A stretch of DNA of 64,000 bases from NCBI GenBank assembly GCA_040006935.1, contig JBDTVZ010000001.1:231772-295771 (forward strand), written 5' to 3'. A program made the position numbers and the translations under genes. Source of the DNA: Candidatus Dojkabacteria bacterium (GTDB lineage Bacteria; Patescibacteriota; Dojkabacteria; J137). Positions 47,633 to 57,155 of this stretch are shown one piece after another (positions within the stretch are counted from its first letter, which is position 1; each line of letters opens with the position of its first letter). Below the pieces are notes generated by a model. The model made no database searches. It saw only the letters and a list, made by a program, of their open reading frames with translations, and was not told the DNA's origin.

Positions 47633-48880
47633 ATGAATATTCAAAGCACAATTGAAAAAACTCTTTTGAGAAGAAACGAACATCCAAATTTTAAGCATGC
47701 TTATGATTTATTTATCAAGACCATTGAAACGCTTCCACTTGAATTAAGACCAAAGATCGATCCAAATAAAGTATATTTTTGTACCACACAAGAATATATA
47801 GACATAAACACAAGTTACTTTGAAAAAATAGGCAAGCTTAGTTTATATGAGGCAAAAGCAAATGCCATTAGCAAGTCCACTACCAATGGTGGATGTCTTT
47901 TAAGAGACACTGGAGAAATATTAATAAGGTATGATCCTAATTTAGAACAAATATTCAGAAATAATCTGGAAGCTTTAATTCATTATTTAAGAATTCTATC
48001 CCACGAAGCAGGACATACAGTTCTAACTAGTGTAGATTCAGTCTCATTAGAAGTAGCGGCAAAGGTTAATCTATTGAGTCCGGAAGTATTCAAAGAATTC
48101 TTAAGATCACATTACAATCTAGAACCAGAAGAATGCAGATTTGGTCTCTACGGAAATATGATTGATATGACAATATTAAAGACCGGAAGAATGGAAGAGG
48201 TGGGTATCGGAAGAAACAAGCGTCTAATTGAAATTACACCCGATATTTACATGCAATATATATGTTTTTTAAATTGGGCTGAAGAAAATAATATAAATAC
48301 TAAGGATAAAAATAGCATTATTCTATATGCACGCTCAAAGCATTTTCAAGCTGCAGTAACAGCTGATGAGCTCACAATTATTGCTATTGTACGGGCAGCT
48401 AGCATAATAGGATTTGAAAGATTAGTTAAATTATTTGTTACATGTCAAGATATTTTCGCAGATCAAAGTACTATAGACCTTTCTGATTCAGAAATAATTG
48501 CTGTGACTGAGATATTACAGGCAAGTCAATTACAAGAGTTAGTCCATGAAAGCATTGCAAAAATGGATATGTCTGTTAGGAAAGATGTTAAAACATATCT
48601 TGATCTAGCATTTTTAGCTCTGAGGCAAGCGTCAAAATCAATGGGAGCAAAAACATTTGGCAGAGTAATTCATGGAACACGCGAATCAGTTGAAAACGTA
48701 ACAGTAGAATCTGATGACTATACATTAGAGATATTAGAAAATGAGAATATAATACTACAGATTGCAACCACTATTTACACCCCTGCTGAAGATATTTCTT
48801 CTAAAGAGCTCATTGATAAAGCAAGGGCATTATTGATGCAGATCTCAGATGCAAAGAGAGGAGTTCCAATTAAGTTCTAG
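47633..48880 (+). CDS. Hypothetical protein with HExxH motif (possible metallopeptidase-like)
   Basis: LSHEAGHTV in a 415-aa ORF. Confidence 0.3.
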   Translation: MNIQSTIEKTLLRRNEHPNFKHAYDLFIKTIETLPLELRPKIDPNKVYFCTTQEYIDINTSYFEKIGKLSLYEAKANAISKSTTNGGCLLRDTGEILIRYDPNLEQIFRNNLEALIHYLRILSHEAGHTVLTSVDSVSLEVAAKVNLLSPEVFKEFLRSHYNLEPEECRFGLYGNMIDMTILKTGRMEEVGIGRNKRLIEITPDIYMQYICFLNWAEENNINTKDKNSIILYARSKHFQAAVTADELTIIAIVRAASIIGFERLVKLFVTCQDIFADQSTIDLSDSEIIAVTEILQASQLQELVHESIAKMDMSVRKDVKTYLDLAFLALRQASKSMGAKTFGRVIHGTRESVENVTVESDDYTLEILENENIILQIATTIYTPAEDISSKELIDKARALLMQISDAKRGVPIKF

Positions 48881-48883
48881 TAT

Positions 48884-49942
48884 TCAAGAATTCTTTTCAA
48901 TTACAATATATTTCCTTAAAGAATTTATTAACTCACTGCTCAAGGAGATATTTCGGGTAAGCATTTTCTTATTTTTATTTGAACCAAAAATTACTTTTAA
49001 CGGGATATCGCCAGGGTTTTCCCTAATTATATCTCTAATTCTCAATATTTCTTCGGCTTCTATAACATTTATTAAATTAATTATGAGTTCTGTAAAGGCA
49101 ATAAAATCATTCGTTTTCTTTTTCAATATTTCCTTTTCCGAAATTCTCCGCTCAAGCCTTTGAATATCTATTTCTGCAGGAAGTTGTTCAGGAAAGATTC
49201 CTTTTTCGTTTAGTAATTTACGAACCGAGAAGTTATTCTCTTTATGTTCTGCTTTGATATTTGGTTTTGTTCTGAGATCTTTAGATAAAGTATTAAAGGT
49301 TGTAATTTCAGTGGCAAGATCCTTTGCTTTTATAGTAATTGTAGGTAAATGGTCAGCTAACGAACCAGTTTTTATATTTAATTTATTCTTTATAACTCTT
49401 GTGGGCATATTAAATAAGGCTTGGTCCCCAACCGATCTAACCTCAGCTATATCACTACTTGTTAGTCCCTTTGAAGACAGCACGCCTGAGAATTTCTTTT
49501 CGGTTTCTTTTAATTTTCTTCTGGCTTTGATTCTCTCTATAATATGGCTCTTTTCTGTTTCCAGTTCTCGTTTTCGTGTTTGAGTGGCAAAATATGATTG
49601 TGCTAGTGCTATGGTTTCCTTTCTTGGATCACCATTTTGAGCTATAAGATAACATGCATATCTCGTTAACTTATAATCTACTGTTGGTCTCATTGCTTCA
49701 TTAGATCTTCCAGCGGCAATCTTAGACATTTTCGTGACCTCACGAAAATGTCCTTCAATTTGTGGATAGATTTTTAACATTGAAGTTTGTGCTTTTTTTA
49801 TGACTTTATGAAAACTTTCCCAAGTCTCGTACCCAAGCGTACTCATCAATTCTCTTGCGTACCAATATTCTTCATCCGCACCGTTTAGATGTTTTATACT
49901 ATCAAAAGTTCCAAATTTTGTGGTATTTATTTTATTTTCCAA
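48884..49942 (-). CDS. dinD: DNA-damage-inducible protein D (DinD) family
   Basis: YWYARELMSTLGYETWESFHKVIKKAQ and LTRYACYLIAQNGDPRKETIALAQSYFATQTRKRE parallel E. coli DinD. Confidence 0.65.
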   Translation of the reverse strand: MENKINTTKFGTFDSIKHLNGADEEYWYARELMSTLGYETWESFHKVIKKAQTSMLKIYPQIEGHFREVTKMSKIAAGRSNEAMRPTVDYKLTRYACYLIAQNGDPRKETIALAQSYFATQTRKRELETEKSHIIERIKARRKLKETEKKFSGVLSSKGLTSSDIAEVRSVGDQALFNMPTRVIKNKLNIKTGSLADHLPTITIKAKDLATEITTFNTLSKDLRTKPNIKAEHKENNFSVRKLLNEKGIFPEQLPAEIDIQRLERRISEKEILKKKTNDFIAFTELIINLINVIEAEEILRIRDIIRENPGDIPLKVIFGSNKNKKMLTRNISLSSELINSLRKYIVIEKNS

Positions 49943-50055
49943 TTGAGAAAATATGAAGTAGTTGTTAGTAGATCTTAGCAGTTGAACTCTTTTATTGTCA
50001 AATATATTATCCTGAATTGGGATTTTACTTACGGACTACTTATACAATATTATTC

Positions 50056-50130
50056 CTACCGCACCGAAAGCACGCTATAGCTTTTGTGCGGTCCATAGGG
50101 AATTGATAATTAGCTGTATTGCGAAAGTTC
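50056..50130. repeat. Structured GC-rich repeat (family member R3) with a 12-bp hairpin, CCGCACCGAAAG-loop10-CTTTTGTGCGG
   Basis: Homologous to 57005..57082, with a compensatory A/G-T/C change in the stem. Confidence 0.5.
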
Positions 50131-50171
50131 TGTATGAGATTAGTTCTGGTAAATTTACCTAGAAACAATAA

Positions 50172-51032
50172 CTATTCTACTAACTCAAACAGATTCATTA
50201 GAGTCTCCGCTTTCTGTTGATAAATAGCTTTTTTAGTTAAATCTCCACGAGCATTATTGGCTAAACACTCTGGATCAATATAATTATATCCATTTGGATC
50301 TGGATCTATTACCATACATGCCTGAGCTTCTGCTTCTGAAAAAACATCTGGTGCTTTAAATCTTTGCATGGCTTCTAGAATATCACCATTCTTTTCTGCA
50401 TAAATATACAATGTCATATCAAGCTCTGTAATTGCAGGGAAATTAGCTTGATATCCTCCAATTGTAGGAATTACAATAGCTTTTTCAGTACCAGGATAAT
50501 CCACATTAAAGCTATCTAATTTTGTAAATGCAGCTCCTCCACAGTAATAATAAAATGCCAAGAATGGCACTGATGGGAATGAATACCCTGCAGGATAACT
50601 AGATTCGTTATAACTAAAGATTTCGTCCATTAAACTGATTGCATTATTATAATCAGCAATTTCAGAATCATTTGCAGGTAGTATTTGTCTATTTATTACT
50701 AAAGTTTGAGATCGAATTGCTTCAGGATTATTCTTAATACCATAAATTTCCATTCCTAATTGTCTATCACAACCTTCATCTTCGTATGGTAATAAATCAA
50801 AATTTGCAGGAAATTTTAATCCTAAAGGCTTTTTAGCTACGATTGGTTTAATTTCCGGAATTGATATTGGAGGAGGTGTTACTGCAACGGGTGGGTTAAC
50901 AACATTATTATCTGGTGCTGGTCTTGTTGAAATATAGAATATAACTGCAATCGAGATGCAAAGAAAACATAAAACTAGTAATATTATTGCGATTATTGCT
51001 AAATTTCGTTTTCTTTTTAAGAACTCTGGCAT
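50172..51032 (-). CDS. Membrane-anchored extracellular hypothetical protein
   Basis: Start placed at MPEFLKRKRN followed by a TM helix. The ORF-track extension to 51227 would overlap the upstream GH gene. Confidence 0.4.
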   Translation of the reverse strand: MPEFLKRKRNLAIIAIILLVLCFLCISIAVIFYISTRPAPDNNVVNPPVAVTPPPISIPEIKPIVAKKPLGLKFPANFDLLPYEDEGCDRQLGMEIYGIKNNPEAIRSQTLVINRQILPANDSEIADYNNAISLMDEIFSYNESSYPAGYSFPSVPFLAFYYYCGGAAFTKLDSFNVDYPGTEKAIVIPTIGGYQANFPAITELDMTLYIYAEKNGDILEAMQRFKAPDVFSEAEAQACMVIDPDPNGYNYIDPECLANNARGDLTKKAIYQQKAETLMNLFELVE

Positions 51033-51102
51033 AGAAAATTTATGAAAAAGTATATTTCTTATAGGATATATTAAGTAGTCCAACAGTGCAACGTTTGAGA
51101 AT

Positions 51103-52131
51103 TTAATTAGCTTTAGGAATAGTGACGAGTTCTTCCCAAGATTGAAGAACTTTTTTTGAAATACCACTTGAAGATTTGAGTCCAATAGAACTAAATATTT
51201 CCGAAATTGATTTACTGCCAACATCATTAAAGAATATCCAATTTACAAATACAACTCTTTCTTTTTCTAATTCCTGAGTAAGCCAAATTAAATATTGAGT
51301 CTGCTTGTCTTCGGACCCGACATCTGTTAAACCCGAAATATTTGTACTCGATGGCCAACCTGTTTCTGTAATTGCAATTGGTTTGTTAGAATAATCTCTT
51401 AAAATGGAAAAGTATTGATCAGGAATCGAATCTATAGTTTTATAATCGAAGAAAGGGTAGACAGTAAGACCAATAATATCCATATTCCCTTCGAGTTCTT
51501 TAAAAGTATCCCAACCTTGATTTGATTCTCGTCCAGTTAAATAACCCTTTCCAATTAATGTTTCAAATTGGAATGTTGTGTAAACAGTCAATGTAGGGAA
51601 AGTTTTTTTTAGACTTCCATATATCTGTTTATACGCATTCACAAAATCAACTAGTTCGGGTGATCCGTTTTTAAAATTAAAATTAATTTCATTTCCAACA
51701 CTTAAGTATTTAATTTGTGGATATTTTTTAATTAAATCTGTTACCTTAGTAATATAATCAGATGCTGAATCTTTCCATTTTATATCATCTGAAATACCAA
51801 TAACAACTTCTAATGGTGTTTTTACACTTTGTGCGGATAAATCAACAACTTCTAAATGGTCCACTGTAGTATGTACTCCATATACTTCACTGTGAGAACT
51901 TATATTTGTAAAGAAATCCGATATTTGTTGTGATTGTGAATTAGGGAGTCCTACAGGAGAATATCCGGTAATTCCAACGAAATAGTTTCTTTGACTTATG
52001 GGCAAATCAAATGTTTTTCTAGTAGGAGTAGGTTTATATAATCCTGAAATGAATGAGACTAATCCTATTAATAAGATAATAATGACAATTGTAGGTAAAA
52101 CAAATTTTTTATTTTTAATCAACTTATCCAT
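51103..52131 (-). CDS. Glycoside hydrolase, clan GH-A-like, signal-anchored
   Basis: LSVGNEIN (acid/base NE) and IAITETGWPSS (nucleophile ETGW), as in GH5/GH17/GH26-type enzymes. Confidence 0.5.
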   Translation of the reverse strand: MDKLIKNKKFVLPTIVIIILLIGLVSFISGLYKPTPTRKTFDLPISQRNYFVGITGYSPVGLPNSQSQQISDFFTNISSHSEVYGVHTTVDHLEVVDLSAQSVKTPLEVVIGISDDIKWKDSASDYITKVTDLIKKYPQIKYLSVGNEINFNFKNGSPELVDFVNAYKQIYGSLKKTFPTLTVYTTFQFETLIGKGYLTGRESNQGWDTFKELEGNMDIIGLTVYPFFDYKTIDSIPDQYFSILRDYSNKPIAITETGWPSSTNISGLTDVGSEDKQTQYLIWLTQELEKERVVFVNWIFFNDVGSKSISEIFSSIGLKSSSGISKKVLQSWEELVTIPKAN

Positions 52132-52238
52132 TTGATTATTCTATCACTTTTTATATTTAATATGAGCAGCACGAGGTTTTTTAATTTCTTAGAATGTTAT
52201 ATACTTATATTTGTAATTAGTCAAAAATTGATGACATT

Positions 52239-52802
52239 ATGAATAAATTAAAGAATATCGTTTCGAATTTACCTTCAATTGCATGGGTAATACTATTGCC
52301 TCTTGGTATTTTCGCATTAATCGGCGGAATAATATTTTTATTCTTTATAATTTCTAGTGTTGAAGGAGCTGCATCTGTAATAATTCTTATTGCAGGAATA
52401 TTTGTTATTAGAGGAAGCGATAGTATAAATGTAAAGGGAGTTAAGGAGAAATCTTCTGGATTTATGGTTGGAGTTGGAATTGTATTTTTTGCGTTAATGG
52501 GAATGGCTATAGATCAACCAGGTAATTTTATTTATAACAAACCTATCGAGGTACTTTTCTGTCCAGCGGGAACATATTTGAGTCGAGATCAAATAGTAAG
52601 CCATCCTTTACCCGAGAGAACTGATATTACACAAGATTTTGATTGTGTGGATAGCACAGGGAATGCGGCAACTTCCATCGATATGTGGAATGTTATTTTG
52701 GTAAGATTCGTTGAGTATGTAATAATAGGATACATTCTGATTGGGTTAAATAAGCTTTTCAGTAAAAAGATAAAGGACGATAATTTATTTGTTACAAAAT
52801 AA
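52239..52802 (+). CDS. Membrane protein, hypothetical
   Basis: Three or more hydrophobic helices. Confidence 0.35.
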   Translation: MNKLKNIVSNLPSIAWVILLPLGIFALIGGIIFLFFIISSVEGAASVIILIAGIFVIRGSDSINVKGVKEKSSGFMVGVGIVFFALMGMAIDQPGNFIYNKPIEVLFCPAGTYLSRDQIVSHPLPERTDITQDFDCVDSTGNAATSIDMWNVILVRFVEYVIIGYILIGLNKLFSKKIKDDNLFVTK

Positions 52803-52804
52803 CT

Positions 52805-53245
52805 ATGACAAAAAAGAAAACCACAAATAATTTCATAAGAAATGCTGTAACAGGAGCTGCATTAGTTGGGGCCGGCGCATTAATGGCTGCTGCTGCTCTT
52901 AGTGACGATGATACTAAGAAAAAACTTAGCGAGGGAGCTAAAAAAGCTGGAGATAGGATTACAGAACTTGTAGAAGAATTAAAAGTTAAAGGTGGAAGCG
53001 CATACAAAGAAGCACTAGAGCAATTCGAAATACTCAGAGTTAAAGTAGAGAAAATGGTTGAAGAAGGTAAAAAGAGCGAAGAGTACAAAAAAGTTTTAGA
53101 AGGTATTTCGGACGTTACAGCTAAACTTAACGAAGCTAAGGATACTTCCGGAGATGAATTACAAACTCTTTTGAAGGAAGTAAAGTCTTCTGTTGATGAA
53201 TTAAAAGAAGAATACGATAAATATGAGGAGTCTTTCTATAATTAG
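52805..53245 (+). CDS. Hypothetical helical protein (YtxH/DUF948-like)
   Basis: N-terminal hydrophobic segment then a K/E-rich coiled coil. Confidence 0.3.
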   Translation: MTKKKTTNNFIRNAVTGAALVGAGALMAAAALSDDDTKKKLSEGAKKAGDRITELVEELKVKGGSAYKEALEQFEILRVKVEKMVEEGKKSEEYKKVLEGISDVTAKLNEAKDTSGDELQTLLKEVKSSVDELKEEYDKYEESFYN

Positions 53246-53267
53246 TAATATTTGTTAGGGAAACCAT

Positions 53268-53936
53268 ATGCAAAATTCTTTTTCTCTGAGAGGTGTTTTC
53301 AAAACATGGGCAGTGATTGCTATTACTGTTATTTTACTGACAGGACTTGTTTATATTGTAGGACAACAAATTCTAAGGAATTTGGCAAATGACCCACAAA
53401 TACAGACCGCCGAAGATTTAGTTGTTAAATTAAATGCAGGGCAAGATCCTACAACACTTCTAGTTTCCAATAAAGTAGATATGAACAAAAGTCTCTCTAC
53501 ATTCGGAATTATATATGATGATCAATACAATATTGTTTATTCAACAGGATTTCTAAATGACACTGCACCTGTTCCACCAGATGGAGTTTTCGAGGCAGCA
53601 AAACAAAATGGTGTAAATATATTAACATGGCAGCCAGGTATAAATATTCGAGATGCAATAGTTGTACAAAGATATGATACTGGATATATATTAGTTGGGA
53701 GATCTTTAAGAGAAGTAGAGAAGAGAGCGAATAATTTGCTTTTACTTTCCATAGCTGGAGGGTTAATTACTTTAGCTTCTACATTTGTTCTAACATTATC
53801 AATAAAATATTTTGAGAATTCAAGGAGCAAGGTTAGCTATTCTAATCCTGTTGCAGCGACTCCAATAGTTCCAGTTGCTCAAGTAGTGCCAATTACACCA
53901 CCGGTACTACCAACTCCAATAGTTCCTGCTGTCTAA
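53268..53936 (+). CDS. Membrane-anchored hypothetical protein with Pro/Val-rich C-terminal repeats
   Basis: TM helix at each end. C-terminal PVAATPIVPVAQVVPITPPVLPTPIVPAV. Confidence 0.35.
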   Translation: MQNSFSLRGVFKTWAVIAITVILLTGLVYIVGQQILRNLANDPQIQTAEDLVVKLNAGQDPTTLLVSNKVDMNKSLSTFGIIYDDQYNIVYSTGFLNDTAPVPPDGVFEAAKQNGVNILTWQPGINIRDAIVVQRYDTGYILVGRSLREVEKRANNLLLLSIAGGLITLASTFVLTLSIKYFENSRSKVSYSNPVAATPIVPVAQVVPITPPVLPTPIVPAV

Positions 53937-53964
53937 AAAGAGGGGGGGGTGAAATGAGATTATA

Positions 53965-55809
53965 TTATTTTTTTCTTTTCCAGAAGAAAGCTCTCATTGA
54001 ATTTATTAATGGGATAAAGTCAGTAATGAAATTGTAGAATGCTGCTCCGGAAGGAGTTAAAACTCCGCCAAATACTAACGATAATCCTAAAATATTTACC
54101 AAAACCCAGATTATATAATCTTGTTTGGCAATATTTAATATGAACTTTGATAAATCGATTACTTCTTTAACTTTAGTCAACTGATCATTTACAAGTATTA
54201 TATCTGCAGAATCTATCGCAGCATCAGAGCCTATTCCACCCATTGCAATTCCTACATCCGCAAGGCTTAAAGAAGCTGCATCATTTACACCATCTCCAAT
54301 CATTGCAGTTTTACTGTCTTTATTTAAAAAACTTTTTAAATATTTAATTTTATCTTCGGGCAATAAATTTGCATGGTACTCTTGGATTCCTGTTTCCTCT
54401 GCTATTGTTTTTGCGACTTTTTCATTGTCACCTGTCAGCATAATAATCCGTTCTATTCCCTCTTCACGTAGTTCTGATATTACCTTTTTTGTATCTGGTT
54501 TTAACCTATCGCTTAACGTTACAACTGCAAGAACTTCTTTGGAATTCGAAAGTATAGATGCATTAAAACCTTTTTCTTCAGCATTCATTATAAATTCCTC
54601 GTAATTCTTATTAATTTTTTTTACTTGATCCAATATAAACTGCCTTCTGCCAAAAAAGTATTTTTCTCCTTTGTAAACTACAGATATCCCAAGGCCTTTG
54701 AATTCTTTCAGTTCTTCATGTTTTACACTTTTAATTTTTTCCGACATTAGAAACTCTTCTATTGCTTCAGAAACAGGATGAATAGATCCCTGAACAATTG
54801 AAAATATTACTTTTAATATTTCTGATTTCTTTTCTAAGGTAAAGATTTCATTAACTTTTAGCTTTCCTCTTGTTAATGTTCCCGTTTTATCTACAATAAG
54901 TGTTTTCACTTCTCCAATGGCTTCTAAATATTTTCCTCCTTTAATTATTATTCCAAGCCTAGATGCTGCTCTCGTTCCACCAATAAATGCAAGCGGAACA
55001 GCAACTGCAATGTCATCAGCACAAACAACTAGTATTACTGAGAGAACTAAATTTAGATTATTAGTAATGATATAAAGAACTATAGTAACAATAAAAGTTA
55101 GAATTATATACCATTGCGCAAATCGGTCCGAACGCATGGTTATCTCAGGTTTATTTAATTGGGAATCTGAAACAAGTTGAATTATTTTCTCTAAGGCCGT
55201 ATCTTTTCCTACACGAACTGCTTCAATTTCCAGTTCACCAGATGTAACTAAAGTAGAACTCAAAACCTCCTCTCCTTCTTTTTTTTCTACAGGTAGAGAT
55301 TCCCCAGTAAGTGAAGATTGATCTAAAGATGCGCTACCATTTAGAATTTTCCCATCCACTGGAACTCTTTGTCCCAAGCCTACCAACACAATATCTCCAA
55401 TTTTTATATCATTAATTTTAACTTCTTCCACGCCATTCTTTGTTTTAATCCTTGCTTTTTCTGGCTTTAACTTTAAAAGACTCTTTATTGAATCTTCTGT
55501 TTTACGTTCTGTGTAACTATCTACAATTCTTGCTGTTGTAAGCATCAAATTTATAAATAGAGAAGAGAAGTATTCGTGATTGATTAGAGATAATAGTAAT
55601 GCAATGCTTGCCAGTAAATCCACAGTAATTTTTCGGTTCTTTAATGCTTTGAAAGTACTTATAAGAACGGGAACCAATGCGATCAGATTAACTATTAATG
55701 AAAAACCATCTCTAGTTTCCTGATGCATAAACACACCAACAGAAAATATTAGTGAGAATACTAAGAGGACAAGTATAAATAAATCAAAATAATACCAAAA
55801 CTTTTTCAT
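53965..55809 (-). CDS. P-type cation-transporting ATPase
   Basis: TGES, DKTGTLT and GDGVNDA motifs. 614 aa. No CPx motif, so substrate unclear. Confidence 0.8.
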   Translation of the reverse strand: MKKFWYYFDLFILVLLVFSLIFSVGVFMHQETRDGFSLIVNLIALVPVLISTFKALKNRKITVDLLASIALLLSLINHEYFSSLFINLMLTTARIVDSYTERKTEDSIKSLLKLKPEKARIKTKNGVEEVKINDIKIGDIVLVGLGQRVPVDGKILNGSASLDQSSLTGESLPVEKKEGEEVLSSTLVTSGELEIEAVRVGKDTALEKIIQLVSDSQLNKPEITMRSDRFAQWYIILTFIVTIVLYIITNNLNLVLSVILVVCADDIAVAVPLAFIGGTRAASRLGIIIKGGKYLEAIGEVKTLIVDKTGTLTRGKLKVNEIFTLEKKSEILKVIFSIVQGSIHPVSEAIEEFLMSEKIKSVKHEELKEFKGLGISVVYKGEKYFFGRRQFILDQVKKINKNYEEFIMNAEEKGFNASILSNSKEVLAVVTLSDRLKPDTKKVISELREEGIERIIMLTGDNEKVAKTIAEETGIQEYHANLLPEDKIKYLKSFLNKDSKTAMIGDGVNDAASLSLADVGIAMGGIGSDAAIDSADIILVNDQLTKVKEVIDLSKFILNIAKQDYIIWVLVNILGLSLVFGGVLTPSGAAFYNFITDFIPLINSMRAFFWKRKK

Positions 55810-55925
55810 AGGAATTTTTTTACTATGAATATATTACTCCGAAAGCTTTAGGAAGAAAAACTGTAAATAGAATGATCTGCAGATTCTCCCTTTGAAGGGA
55901 ATGTTCCACCTTGTATGTTCCTTTT

Positions 55926-56657
55926 TTATTCAACTACTGTCGTATACTTGCCAGAATTTATGATTGCTTTTGTTGCAGGCCTGTAAATCACTAGTAGTTT
56001 AGAATCGGGGAAGGTAGCAATAATATCGTCCTTTTGAACATTGGTGTAAAAGGACGAGTTACTTTCTTTAACTTTATCTTCATCCACAACTACGGATAGA
56101 TTTGGAGTTTCAGTAGAATCTGATGTGATCAATCCTACTTCTTTTACTTTAGCAACAACTGCATTAGTTGCATCTTTTTGTAACTTTGTTTGTTTAGCCA
56201 CTGGACTTTCTCCATCGTAAATCACCTTCTTTTCACTAACTCGATAAATTATCATTTTTGAAGTATAGCCAAGAACGTAGTCTCCATTCTGAGCATCTTT
56301 ATAAACTTCCGCAGTAAATTGATCTTGTTTTTTTAAATCATCAATGTTTGGAAGTATTTTATTATCACCAATTACTGCTACTACTGGAACTTCCGTTGGA
56401 GGAATCGCTGCCGCTTTAGAAACATCATTAATAACGTTTACTACATTAAGCTGGCTTAATAGGTTAGGTGGATTTACAATTAAAATTAAAAGAATTATTT
56501 GAAAAATGAAAAGCAAAAACATTGATATTTTTGTACTAGGAATATATTTACTAATGGAGTCTAAATTAAAATTAGAAATCTTTGTCTGTGGCATAGGTTT
56601 TTGCGAAAAAGAAGTTCTTTGCTGTTCACTAAATCTCAAATTATTTTCTAGAGCCAT
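55926..56657 (-). CDS. Membrane-anchored hypothetical protein
   Basis: 243-aa ORF with a TM helix near the N-terminus. Confidence 0.35.
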   Translation of the reverse strand: MALENNLRFSEQQRTSFSQKPMPQTKISNFNLDSISKYIPSTKISMFLLFIFQIILLILIVNPPNLLSQLNVVNVINDVSKAAAIPPTEVPVVAVIGDNKILPNIDDLKKQDQFTAEVYKDAQNGDYVLGYTSKMIIYRVSEKKVIYDGESPVAKQTKLQKDATNAVVAKVKEVGLITSDSTETPNLSVVVDEDKVKESNSSFYTNVQKDDIIATFPDSKLLVIYRPATKAIINSGKYTTVVE

Positions 56658-56800
56658 AAAATATTTATAAAAGACTATTTCTAACCAATCATATAGTATT
56701 TTGAAAATATGGGCAATGGAGATTAGAATGACAGAGAGATTTTATTTTATGAATTTGAAGTCCTGCTTTTCGGGAGAACGCTCGGCTTGTTTTTATATTA

Positions 56801-56872
56801 TGGATTTGGAGGGATTCGAACCCTCGGCCAATCACTTAAGAGGCGACTGCTCTACCACTGAGCTACAAATCC
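56801..56872 (-). tRNA. tRNA-Lys (anticodon CUU)
   Basis: Cloverleaf GGATTTG/CAAATCC acceptor, GCTC/GAGC D-stem, anticodon loop CTCTTAA, T-arm GAGGG-TTCGAAT-CCCTC. 72 nt, no encoded CCA. Confidence 0.8.
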
Positions 56873-56965
56873 ATTTCTGATTGAACGCTTTTATTGCTCG
56901 AAATATAAGTACATAAAGCGTAGTGAATGATATCATTTGAGTCGAAATATGTCCAGATTGAACGT

Positions 56966-57095
56966 TCCCTCTCCTTTTAAGGAGAGGGTTAGGGTGAGGT
57001 CATACCACACCGAAAGCATTACCTGACTTTTGTGTGGTCCTGATTGAGCTTTGCTAATTAACGGGATTGCAACGAAAATTGCATTACTCAGGAGT
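56966..57095. repeat. Composite GC-rich structured repeat (family member R4) with hairpin CCCTCTCC-TTTTAA-GGAGAGGG, GGTGAGG, 12-bp hairpin CCACACCGAAAG-loop10-CTTTTGTGTGG, and ACGGGATTGCAACGAAA
   Basis: Modules recur at 50056..50130, 58170..58282 and (inverted) 63098..63302. Confidence 0.55.
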
Positions 57096-57155
57096 GATAT
57101 TCTAACTCTTCTCTTTCCTCTGTTCACTTTTCTCTATTTGGTATAGACTATAATT

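Noticed and set aside
51033-51227. 5' extension of ORF 50172..51227 overlapping the GH gene by ~125 nt
   Set aside because: An internal Met followed by a TM helix (MPEFLKRKRN...) gives a conventional signal-anchor start and removes the overlap.
56933-57127. 64-aa ORF on the - strand spanning repeat element R4 (also 17325..17588, 17581..17796, 13679..13939, 14637..14864)
   Set aside because: It lies within a structured repeat or overlaps better-supported genes, with no conserved motifs.
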